Origin: Octopus sinensis
Taxonomy: Eukaryota
Direction of reading: 5' to 3'
Assembly (NCBI RefSeq): GCF_006345805.1
Contig: NC_043003.1
Coordinates: forward strand, 56,420,001-56,484,000
Length of the DNA stretch: 64,000 nt
The stretch's first letter is position 1. Each line of letters starts with the position of its first letter. Positions 52,901-64,000 of the stretch are shown piece by piece. Below the pieces are notes generated by a model that saw nothing but the letters and a program-made list of their open reading frames with translations, ran no database searches and had not been told where the DNA came from. The translations under genes and the position numbers were made by a program.

Positions 52901-53215
52901 GAAGCTGGGTCCTTGGGAACAGTATCAGAAAAATGAAGCTGGGTCCTTGGGAACAGTATCAGAAAAATGAAGCTGGGTCCTTGGGAACAGTATCAGAAGT
53001 TATCAAGAATAATATAAAACAAAATGGAATACAGCACCAAGTAGAGCTCTTACAAAAGGTCTGCTTCCTTGGCCAGAATAACCAGGAAATTATTAGGTAG
53101 TTGAAAAAAATGTAAAGCTCAAGCTGACAGTTATATTGTAACATCTCTTATCCTTCGCTCGCCCCAGGACGCTGGGTGTTTCTCGCGAGTGACTGCAACA
53201 AAGATGCAGATTAAT
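49930..53215 (+). mobile_element. Long degenerate Dong-type element, apparently an A/C mosaic, ending in (TAA)n
   Basis: KAHKWKSPGRDRLPNSWL, SAWIDYKKA, IFQSHSLSPLIFC, HLFYMNGLK, ETIDHITNECP, WDFPIQ, GSLGTVS; A-type 3' tail. Confidence 0.85.
52629..52998 (+). repeat. 34-bp minisatellite, 10 units, with an internal A-rich run
   Basis: atgaag(g/c)tgggtccttgggaacagtatcagaaaa at 52629, 52662, 52696, 52730, 52797, 52831, 52865, 52899, 52933, 52967. Confidence 0.95.
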
Positions 53216-53251
53216 GATAATAATAACAATGATAATAATAATAATAATAAT

Positions 53252-53286
<35 letters not shown>

Positions 53287-53305
53287 TAATAATAATAATA
53301 ATTTT

Positions 53306-54070
53306 TTGCTGTTTTGTGACGATGGGGACTTTTTGCTGCTTTGTGAGGAGGGTATCTTTTGCTATTTGGTCACCCTGGAGGATGAAATACAAGACCTGTC
53401 TATTAGCGGATGAACTCTGAGGAGTCAAAAGGAATCCAAATAACAACTCACTCACCAGCTGCGTAGCACTAGCGACCAGCTCATGATAGCTCACTTAAAT
53501 CCATAAGGGGAGAAGATCCTCTTTGCCTCTTTTTACACAAATCCCTCCAGAGATAATGTCTCGATAAAAATGCTGGTGATTGTAAAACCTCATCAACACT
53601 TTCCTCTGCGTAAGACTAATGAATTAACACAAACAGATGAGGACTGAACTACCGGTGACGCACTTCACCTGGTAGGCGTCCTGTGAGTGATCAGTACAGG
53701 CCCGGTCGTCATTATACAGCTAAATCGATGAATATAGCTGTCACGGAATATTTTTTTTGAGCGGACTCACTGATAATGAAGTGAGACCCATAATCGGATA
53801 TAGAAAGGGGTCGAGTAATATATCAAAGAAATCGGAATTGATATAAGAGCAGAACAAGCCTCCAGAAACTGCTCTGCTTGGGACAGCTAAGATTTTTTGA
53901 GATTGATACTTGAATGTTGAATGTCTGCCTCAGTAATTAACAACCAAGTATCAAATCTTATAACGTGCGGAAATATATCTTTTGAGATCTCTGGCCGCAG
54001 GATGCTATCCACACTCACAGAATCTGCCAGAACAAACAGGACTGAACATTCTGGGAAGTAGAAAAACAAT
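53306..54070 (+). mobile_element. Short Dong-related insert (family F): ~500-bp leader plus ORF C-terminus and 3'UTR
   Basis: 53810-53920 reads YIKEIGIDIRAEQ..ALLGTAKI; starts right after (TAA)n; identity of the leader is uncertain. Confidence 0.6.
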
Positions 54071-54084
54071 AACAATATCCATTT

Positions 54085-54281
54085 GAGCGATAAGCAAATA
54101 ACCAGGAATTTATTGGTCGATAAAATCGACCCCAATGCTTGACTGGTACATAATTTATCGACCTCGAAATGATGAAATGCGAAGTCGACCTTGGCGGAAA
54201 TTGAACCCAGAACGTAAAGAGGGGTGAAATACTGCTAAGCATTTTTGGCCGGCGTGATGACGATTCTGCTAACTCGCGGCC

Positions 54282-54329
<48 letters not shown>

Positions 54330-54358
54330 TAATAATAATAATAATTATAATAATAATA

Positions 54359-54406
<48 letters not shown>

Positions 54407-54430
54407 TAAATAATAAATAATAATAATAAT

Positions 54431-54502
<72 letters not shown>

Positions 54503-54700
54503 CCTTTCTATTAAAGGCACAAGGCCTAAAACTTTAGAGGGAACTAGTCGATTTCATCGACCCCTTTGTTTTACAGGTGCACAATTTATTGACCCCGAAA
54601 GGATGAAAGGCAAAGTCGACCTAGGTAGAACTGAACTCAGAACACAAAGATTGACGGAATGTCGCTAAGTATTTTGCCCGGCGTGCTAACTATTCGGCCA
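54085..54700 (-). mobile_element. Two head-to-tail SINE family 1 copies separated by ~230 bp of TTA repeat (SINE strand)
   Basis: Cores at 54085-54280 and 54500-54700; minus tail ggccttgtgcctttaatagaaaggattattatt. Confidence 0.85.
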
Positions 54701-55344
54701 CTTTCTAATACACCAAACACTCCTCCTTCGTCTTTATTCTTGCTCCCCCTGTCTCTCTCGGTTCATTTTATTTTTCTTCCATGCCTTCGTTTAGTATTCT
54801 TTCTTTATCTTCTTTATTTATTTGTCTCTGTTCCTCTCTTTCGTTTCTGTTTATTTTAACTATAATGCTTTCGGTCTCAATCCTTTCTTTCATTCACTCA
54901 TTCATCCCTTCTATCATTCATTTTTCTTAATTTCTCTGAGGCTCTCTGTCTCTCTCCCTATTTCTCTTTCTCTCCCCTCTCACTCATTCTCTCTACCGTC
55001 TGTCGCTCCCTCTTTCGCTTCTATTTATTCTTTCATTTCTTCTCTCTGTACCTCCATTTATTTTCTCCATCTGCCTTTCATTCTCCAATCTTTCTTTGTT
55101 CCTGTCTTTTTCTTTCTTTCTTTCTTTCTCCAATCTTTCTTTCTTTCTTTCTTTCCTTCTATGTTTGCTCTTGGTTCAGAATTGACATTTAAAATTTATA
55201 TTACTTCCAATCTTTTGAGATAGCCATTCTCGCCTGGAACGTTACACTTCAAAATATCGAAATAAATCTGTTTGAATATTGATCAAATTTCTTGTACAAG
55301 TTTCATTTTGTGAATTATTATTATTATTGTTGTTGTTGTTGTTG

Positions 55345-55402
<58 letters not shown>

Positions 55403-55581
55403 TGTCACTTGTCGCTGATGTTGGTGGTGGCGGTAGTGTTTTCGTTGTTATTTTAACTAAATGAAAGCGTTATCATTTTTTAAAATTTTATTCTATTTTA
55501 TTATAATTTTAAAATGTATTTTGGAAAAGTTTATAGAAATTATTGATATTTTTATTATCATTATTATTATTATTGTTATTG

Positions 55582-55622
<41 letters not shown>

Positions 55623-55635
55623 ATTGTTATTATTA

Positions 55636-55682
<47 letters not shown>

Positions 55683-55935
55683 CATTATTATTATTATTAT
55701 TTAATTCCTTTACATTGAATAGTAATCAAACATATCAAATAAAACAGGAAGTCGTAATATTTTGATGAAAATTTAAAAGTGAAATAACATGAAAGATAAA
55801 GAAACAAAATGGCAGACAAGGGGAAAAAGTATATATATAATGAAATGAAAAACAAAACTAAAATAAACCATAAAAATAACCAGAAGAACAACAATAACCA
55901 TAACAAATCAAAACAACAATGATAATGATACGATG

Positions 55936-55973
<38 letters not shown>

Positions 55974-56024
55974 TAATAATAATATAATAATAATAATAAT
56001 ATAATAATAATGATGATGATAATG

Positions 56025-56072
<48 letters not shown>

Positions 56073-56813
56073 TAATAATAACAATAATAATAATAATAAG
56101 CGAAATCATTTCTTATCACTAGTGATTTGTTTTGTGTATGGAGAAATACATGGGAGGTCAGACGATAAAATTATCGTTGCGTTATATATTGATGCGAATC
56201 GAATAATTAGCATTCCTAGGTTAGCGATATTTATTCATTATTTTATATGTTATTTGAGAGTATTTTATACATTTATACATTTCATCTTGATTTTTTAAAA
56301 AATATTCTTGTTTTTTTTTATTTTTATTTTCTTCCAACTCCAGATTCATTTACTCTGGTTGTCTTTATTATCTTTATAGTTATAATTATTATCTAAAGAA
56401 ATTGTCGTAATCACCACCACCACCACCACTACCATCATCATCAGCAGCAGCATCATCATCACCATCATCATCCTTCCAGGATAGATAGAATAAATACCAG
56501 TAACGCACTGGGGGTCGATGTAATGTTCTCTCTCCTCCCCCCAAATTTCAGGTTTTGTGTCTATGGCATAAAGGATTCGTCTATCTCTTCTTATTATTAT
56601 TTTCATCGTCATCATCATCATCATCACCACCACCACTACCACTTCCACCACCACCAACAACATTACCACCACCACCACCACCATCATTATCATCATCATC
56701 ATCATCATCACCACCGCCACCACCACCACCGCCACCATCATCATCACCATCACCACCACCATCACCATCACCATCACTACCACTACTACCACCATCACCA
56801 CCATCACCATCAC

Positions 56814-56850
<37 letters not shown>

Positions 56851-56910
56851 GCCATCACCATCACCATCATCATCATCATCATCATTATTATTATTATTAT
56901 TATTATTATT

Positions 56911-57297
56911 CAGTAGTTTTATGTTTATTGCGTGCTTTCACTTCACTACCGAGCGCAGCTCTGTGTGACTTAGGTATGTGCTGTGATTTGTTGTGATGCT
57001 CTGCTGGTTATTGTATGGAAAGTGTTCTTCGTAGGATGTGTGCAGTGCCTAGTAGTGCAATTTTCTGTATGTTAAATGTGTTTGTAAGTCCTGGTGTTTT
57101 CGTTATGTATTGTCTGAATATTTTTTTATCATACCTAATGCACCTACTATGATAGGAATTGTTTCTATTTTTAGATTCCACATTCTGGTTACCTCTATTT
57201 CTAGGTCTTTGTATTTTGAAAGTTTCTCCATTTCTTTTAGAGACACGTTGTCATCTGCCGGTATTGATACATCAATTAGAAAGCATTTTTTTCTTCA
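56911..57297 (-). mobile_element. 5'-truncated Dong family E fragment
   Basis: Closely similar to 45763-46110; (TTA)n both sides. Confidence 0.9.
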
Positions 57298-57302
57298 TTA
57301 TC

Positions 57303-57339
<37 letters not shown>

Positions 57340-57372
57340 TATTATTTATTATTATTATCATCATCATTATCG

Positions 57373-57451
<79 letters not shown>

Positions 57452-57521
57452 ATAATTATTATTATTATTGTTATTATTATTATTAATATTAATATTATTA
57501 TTATTATTATTATCATTATCA

Positions 57522-57589
<68 letters not shown>

Positions 57590-58052
57590 GAGTGAGAGAG
57601 TAGTGCATGCCATCAAAGGGACACCGGGGTAAAATGTACGAAGCCACGTGTACCCACATGGCTACCCTTCTGATAAGGGTATACCAGGCACATGCATCAC
57701 AGCCGGGCATGGTGATCTCATATCAAGATAAACAGCACATGACCTTGCAGTTGGGACCCAGTTACAATGTTCTTCTGTTCGAGGAAACTATCCCGGTCAA
57801 AATTTCCCTGAATAAGGATTGTTTAAGGATATTGAACGAACCACCCATGTTTCATAAGGCGAACTATCCAATCCTCTAAGTATTCCTTTCAACACACGGC
57901 TATGATGCTCCCCGACTACTTTTGCTCGTGATCAGAGATGCACATATCGTCAGCCACTAAGGGACGTGCTCAACTGGTTACGGTCAAACAACTAACAAGC
58001 AAATCTATGTTATTGAGCAGAACATTTGCTGTAGCCCATCTTTTATACCAAG
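57590..58052 (-). mobile_element. Family N element, truncated
   Basis: Same fixed end gagtgagag; (TTA)n both sides. Confidence 0.85.
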
Positions 58053-58056
58053 TCTA

Positions 58057-58098
<42 letters not shown>

Positions 58099-58099
58099 T

Positions 58100-58640
58100 G
58101 AGTGAGGGGGCAGTGCATGCCATCAATGTGACATTGGGGTAAAATATACGAAGCCCAATATACCATCATGACTACCCGTCTGATAAGGGTACACCAGGCA
58201 TATGCATCACAACCATATTTGTTCGACGTGATGATCTCATCAAGATAAATAGCGATTGACCTTGCAGTTGGAGAAAGCTGTTAGAATGTTCTTCAGGTTG
58301 AACACCCCATCACGTTCAAAAGGTCCCTGAATAAGGTTTGTTTAAAGATGTTGAACGAAACACCCACGTTTCCTAAGATTAATTTTCCAAACCCCACAGA
58401 ATTCTTTTCAAAACATGGCTATGAAGCACTCCTACTACATCTCCTCATGATCAAAGATGCACATATCGTCAGCAACTAGTTTATATGAAAGATCTGACAA
58501 GCAAATCTGTGAAATTGAACAGAATATTTGCTGTAGTCCTTCTTTTTTAACAAGACAAAACAACGTACATGATAGCATTTCCAATCAGTTAAGAGCAATA
58601 GCCATGAGAGCCACAGCCTGGTACTGCATCAAGGAAGTAC

Positions 58641-58641
<1 letters not shown>
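58100..58641 (-). mobile_element. Family N element, longest copy
   Basis: Same fixed end; extends to cctggtactgcatcaagg; (TTA)n both sides. Confidence 0.85.
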
Positions 58642-58733
<92 letters not shown>

Positions 58734-59246
58734 CATTATTATTATTATCATTATTATTATTATTATTATAATTATTATTATTACTCTTGTTGTTATTGTT
58801 ATTATTATTGTTATTATTATTATGAATATTGTTGTTGTTGTAATCATTACTAGTAGGACCCGTGGAAAATTCAAGGAATGGAAAAAATCCAAAGGACCTA
58901 TTTAAGAACGAAAGAATGCTTTGCATTTTTCTAGCATTCATAGTTGAACTTTCTTCAAATATTCTTGATGTTCAGGTACATTTATTTTCTCACGTCTCCG
59001 CCGGTGTTTTGTTTTTGCCTCTTTTTATTAGATCTATTAGCTATTCCTCTGCAATCCGTTTGTCTGAGCATCCTTACTTTGCAACTCGCAACCGTCTTTT
59101 CTTGTGAATTCAAAGTTTAGGATATAGGAATCCTTGCAAACAAATATCAATTTCTTAAGTAAACAGAGCATGAATAATTGCACTTATGCGCATGCGATGG
59201 TTACTATAAAACATTAATTCAACAAAAAAAATTGCGAGCTGAAAAT

Positions 59247-59500
59247 AAGGCGGCGAGCTGGCAATAAGGCGCCGAGCTGGCAGACACGTTAGCGCGCCGG
59301 GCGAAATGCTTAGCGGTATTTCGTCTGTCGTTACGTTCTGAGTTCAAATTCCGCCGAGGTCAACTTTGCCTTTCATCCTTTCGGGGTCGATAAATAAAGT
59401 ACCAGTTTCGCACTGGGGGAGATATAATCGACTCAATCCCTTCGTCTGTCCTTGTTTGTTCCCTCTAAGTTTAGCCCCTTCTGGGCAGTAAATAAATATA
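59247..59500 (+). mobile_element. SINE family 1b with a duplicated 5' head
   Basis: taaggcggcgagctggcaa taaggcgccgagctggcagac; well-conserved body. Confidence 0.9.
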
Positions 59501-59796
59501 TATGCATATCTCCCCCTCTCTCTCTCTCTCTCTCAATATAACTGTCTCCCCTGTCCATCTCTCTATCTACATTTCTCTTCAGCTAACTTTTAACCACTTA
59601 ATAAGTATTCCTTCCCCACCCCACCGCACGTCGCTTACATTTCTCTCTCTCCCCTTTTTCTTTCGTTGTCTTTTTCTCGCGTTCTCCGCCTCTACCTTCA
59701 CTTGATGACGTGACCATTTGGCCTAAATGTATTAATATTAATCACCTTTCTCTCCTTCTTCCACTCCTCCCTATACGTCTGTGTCTCGCTCTCTCT

Positions 59797-59966
59797 CTCA
59801 CTCCACCTCTCAATCACTCCACCTCTCATTCACACCACCTGCCACTCACTCTACCTTTCACTCACTCCACCTGTCACTTACTCCACTTGTCACTTACTCC
59901 ACCTCTCACTTACTCCACCTCTCACTCACCCACCTCTCACTCACTCCATTTCTCATTCATTCCACC
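59797..59966. repeat. ~16-bp degenerate minisatellite (cactccacctctcact-like), about 10 units
   Basis: Direct reading. Confidence 0.75.
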
Positions 59967-60291
59967 AATATGTGAAAGCTTTTCACATTGCGGCTGTTTA
60001 GGACCCTGCATTCTGCGTTTCTATTGCTGCAGCATCAGGAGACATTTGTTCAACTGATACTTATTTCGTTGCAGTCGAAAGGATTTTGCCCATTGTAATA
60101 ACAATTTTGCCTGTTCGTCAAGATGATGATGATGATGATGTTGATAATAATTATGATGAAGAAAAAGATTACGACTACGACAACGACGACGAGATGATGA
60201 CGATAACGATAACAACGACGACGACGACGACAATGACCGCGACGATGATGATGAAGATAAGGGTGATGAAGATGATGATGACGATGATAGA

Positions 60292-60327
<36 letters not shown>

Positions 60328-60363
60328 AATGACGATAATGATGATGATGATGACGACGACGAC

Positions 60364-60430
<67 letters not shown>

Positions 60431-60558
60431 GTGATAATAAAGATAACAATAATATGATATTAGCTACAACATCAACGAGAGTAGCAATGCCAAAATATTC
60501 AATAGTAATAAAAAAACAGTAAAGACATTGAAGATTGTCCTGACAGAATTAGTTGTAA

Positions 60559-60633
<75 letters not shown>

Positions 60634-60812
60634 CAGCAGTAGTAGCAGTAGTAGTGGTAGTAGTAATATGCAAAACTAGTAGTAATAGTAGTAACATAAA
60701 TATGAATAATAAAATTGTCTATACATATATATACACACACATATGTTTATAATATATACATATATAAATACATATACACACACATACACGTATATATATA
60801 TCGATATATACA

Positions 60813-60954
60813 AGCGCAAGAGTGGCTGTGTGATAAGAAGATTCCTTCCCAAACACATGGCCTCGGATTCAATTCCACTGCGTTGCATCTTCGATAAATG
60901 TCTTCTATTAATTTTCAAGACGACCAATGTCTTGTTAGTGAATTTGGAAGACGG

Positions 60955-60960
<6 letters not shown>
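60813..60960 (+). mobile_element. SINE family 2, 5' half
   Basis: agtggctgtgtgataagaag...ccaaacacatgg...gattcaattccactgcg. Confidence 0.75.
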
Positions 60961-61016
<56 letters not shown>

Positions 61017-61360
61017 CGGTAAGCTTTATGAAAATAGACAAAAGACGAAGGCAGGTTTACGGAAATAAACAAAAGACGAAGGCAGGTGGAATACAAACAA
61101 ACAATTGTATTAGTATGGCGCTCAGGAAATATAAATGAAACAAGTCTTTTATATATATATACAGTTTGAAACTGTTTAGCACTACTAAATGTCTTCTATG
61201 CAGAGAATATCTGGATCTCATATGTGAATATGTGAATATATATATGTATATATGCATAGATGTATGCAAATGTTTGCATGTGCGTATATATATATATATA
61301 TATATATACATATATACACACACGCGCGCGCGCGCACATACACACACATATATATGTGTG

Positions 61361-61443
<83 letters not shown>

Positions 61444-62722
61444 GGATAGATAAATAGCTGATTAGATATTGTTGTAGCAATATATGACAGAGTGTGTGTA
61501 ATATATTTAGAATGATTGATAAATATATAGATATGTAAATTCATTGACTAATGAATATTCATGTATATTAACTAATTTACAGTAATTAGAAGGAGCGTTT
61601 TAATTTTTGCAAGTTGTTATTTTTCGGATTTCATGATTTTAAATGCAAATCTGCATTAAGAACAGCAGTGATAGCAATAGAGTTGTTGTTGTTGTTGTTG
61701 TTGTTGTTGTTGATGGTGGTGGTGGTGGTGGTGGTGGTAGCAGTAGCAGGCAACAGCAGATGAAGAAGATTTTGAAGAAGATATGTGGATGAAGACGAAA
61801 AATATACATCGGGGCGCAAAAGAATGAAGATGAACGATGAATGAGAATAAGTATAGTAACAATATCTGCAACAACATCATCATCATCAACAACAACAACA
61901 ACAACAGCGATAACAACAACATTAACAACAACCACAACAGCAGCAGCAACAACAGGGTCAGCGTTTATATTATAAAGCATATAAACATCATACTAATATA
62001 AACAGACGAATTTTTTGACAAATATGTCACAATGGATTTAGTTGAGGATGATAAATTTCGACGAAACGTTTCGCAATATGGTGTTGAATAGATAATAAAT
62101 AATGCTGCTACACTGTATGTAGAGATATAAAAAAAAAAGAAGTCTTTTGATAGAGAAGCTTGGTGGTAGTTGAAGATGACTGCTAAATAAATTTAAATAA
62201 AAACCGAAGCAGAGAAGTGGAGAAAACCAGTGTGCGTAGAAGGTTGCTGTAACAACCATCTTTGCGAACTCTACTAGCAAAGAAAAAAGAAAGAAATATG
62301 GAGGAAAGAAAGAAAAGATAAAAAGTAATAAGAAAATAGTGATGTACAATAAAACAGTATTATGCGTACAAATGGAAATGGAGTGATAAGATGATAATTG
62401 ATGGACAAATATTCAGAAAGAGTCAGAATAATTTTGTGTGTAGGTTTCTCTGCTTACTGTTTCTCTTGTTATTATTAATATTATTGCCGTTTCTGTCCAA
62501 CCTATAGGTGTAGTAGATGCTGTGGAACGTCATTATATATTTAGTTGTTTTCCTTTCTTTGTATTTTATATAATATATATATATACACACACATATGTAT
62601 ATATATTATTTTGATGTCAATATTATTTATGAATTTTCAATAAAGCTTGCATGTGCTTATATATATATATATAGCTATATATATATATGTATGTATGTAT
62701 CTATGTATGTGTATATGAATAT

Positions 62723-62753
<31 letters not shown>

Positions 62754-62761
62754 GTATATGT

Positions 62762-62793
<32 letters not shown>

Positions 62794-62974
62794 CATCTAT
62801 ATATTAAACTCACACAGACGTGCATATATATATATATGTGTGTGTGTATGTGTAAATATATGGATGTATATATGTATATATATGTATGTGTGTGCATGCA
62901 TGTATACATGCATATATACATATATATATATATATACATGAATGTATGTATATATATTATATATGCATATACAT

Positions 62975-63023
<49 letters not shown>

Positions 63024-63829
63024 TACACATATATATAGAGTGTGAGTACATGTATGCATATGTGTACCTATTATACATTTATATAGAGAGAGTGATTTCA
63101 CGATATCATGCAATTTATTAACGACCAAACCTTTTTTTTTTTTAATGTCTCCACACATACTTATGCGATTGCGTTCACATCCATCTATACACAGACTAAT
63201 CCCATTGATACGCACTCATGCACATACGCACGCATGTGTGATATGAATGTGTATGTGTATTTGTATGTGTACGTGTGGGCGATTTATGGACTATTGACAC
63301 GGTTGAAGAAAGGAATCGTATCCACCCTAAATAAGGAAGAAATATTCGTAAAACATCGGAATAAGATTAGTCATCGAGATTAGTCACTGGCCCTGTAACG
63401 ATCATCCCGTCTCGATAAAAAAAAAAATCATTAGATTATGCATAATCCATTCAGCATACCAAGTGTTTCCCATCCTGTGGTGCTAGCACCTCCCGAGAAG
63501 GCTAAACTCTAAAATCTGTGTGGAGCTGGGAATTCAAATTAATTTCACCTTATTTGGATTGCCACACCAAAACATTTAAGGAGGGTATTTGCAGATCTCG
63601 ACTTGTTAGGAAAGTGATGCAGCACTTCGAAAAGTTCTTATTTGATTATATGCAGAACATGTGTTGATCTGTTAATCAATATTAGCTCTATTTTATGTAT
63701 TGAGCATTTCTTTCATTCGTAAATAAGCGTTCCTCACTCAATCAATATCCTATTTATGCATATAGACGCATATATGAACAAACACACACGGACACACAAT
63801 ATTTTACGCTTTTATTTTTTCATTGTTTT

Positions 63830-64000
63830 ACATGTTTCAGTCATTTGAATGCGGCCATGCTGGAGCATCACCTTATTTAGTCGAAGAAATCGACCCCAGG
63901 ACTTATTCTAATCCTAGTACTTATTCTGTTGGTATCTGTTGCTGATCCGATAAGTTACAGTTTTTTAAACACACTAGCACCGATTGCCATGCGTTGATGG
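63830..64000 (-). mobile_element. SINE family 2, 3' half (cut by window edge)
   Basis: gtttcagtcatttgaatgcggccatgctggagca...cgaccccaggacttattc. Confidence 0.85.

Noticed and set aside
52629-52998. 34-bp repeats of CRISPR-like length
   Set aside because: No spacers; units are contiguous and derive from the retroelement ORF; eukaryotic context.
58560-58641. HDV-like ribozyme at the putative 5' end of family N
   Set aside because: A weak 7-bp P1 can be drawn, but P3, the pyrimidine L3 and P1.1 do not fit.

Overview
AT-rich, repeat-saturated animal genomic DNA. The SINE families and microsatellite load point to an octopus/coleoid genome (inference). I can support no host protein-coding gene; most listed ORFs are microsatellite artefacts or transposon relics. 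The window is a retroelement/microsatellite mosaic. (i) About ten insertions from several R4/Dong-type RLE non-LTR families sit in or next to (TAA)n with the same strand polarity; one is near full length (872-4731). (ii) A ~550-bp non-coding element occurs 4 times, has a fixed end and variable truncation, and shares that (TAA)n polarity; it is a candidate non-autonomous partner. (iii) A Penelope-like element (Naiad-like RT + GIY-YIG, 39391-43348) lies in (TA)n, carries a readable type I hammerhead ribozyme, and has a 5' inversion ending 4 nt from the predicted cleavage site. (iv) A Tx1/L1-clade 3' fragment lies inside (CTAT)n. (v) Also present: an 85-bp-arm palindrome, RTE, mariner, DD37D-like, hAT and Helitron relics, and many tRNA-derived SINEs. 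Coordinates were read by eye; degenerate ends may be off by tens of bases. Family letters A-F and N are my own labels.
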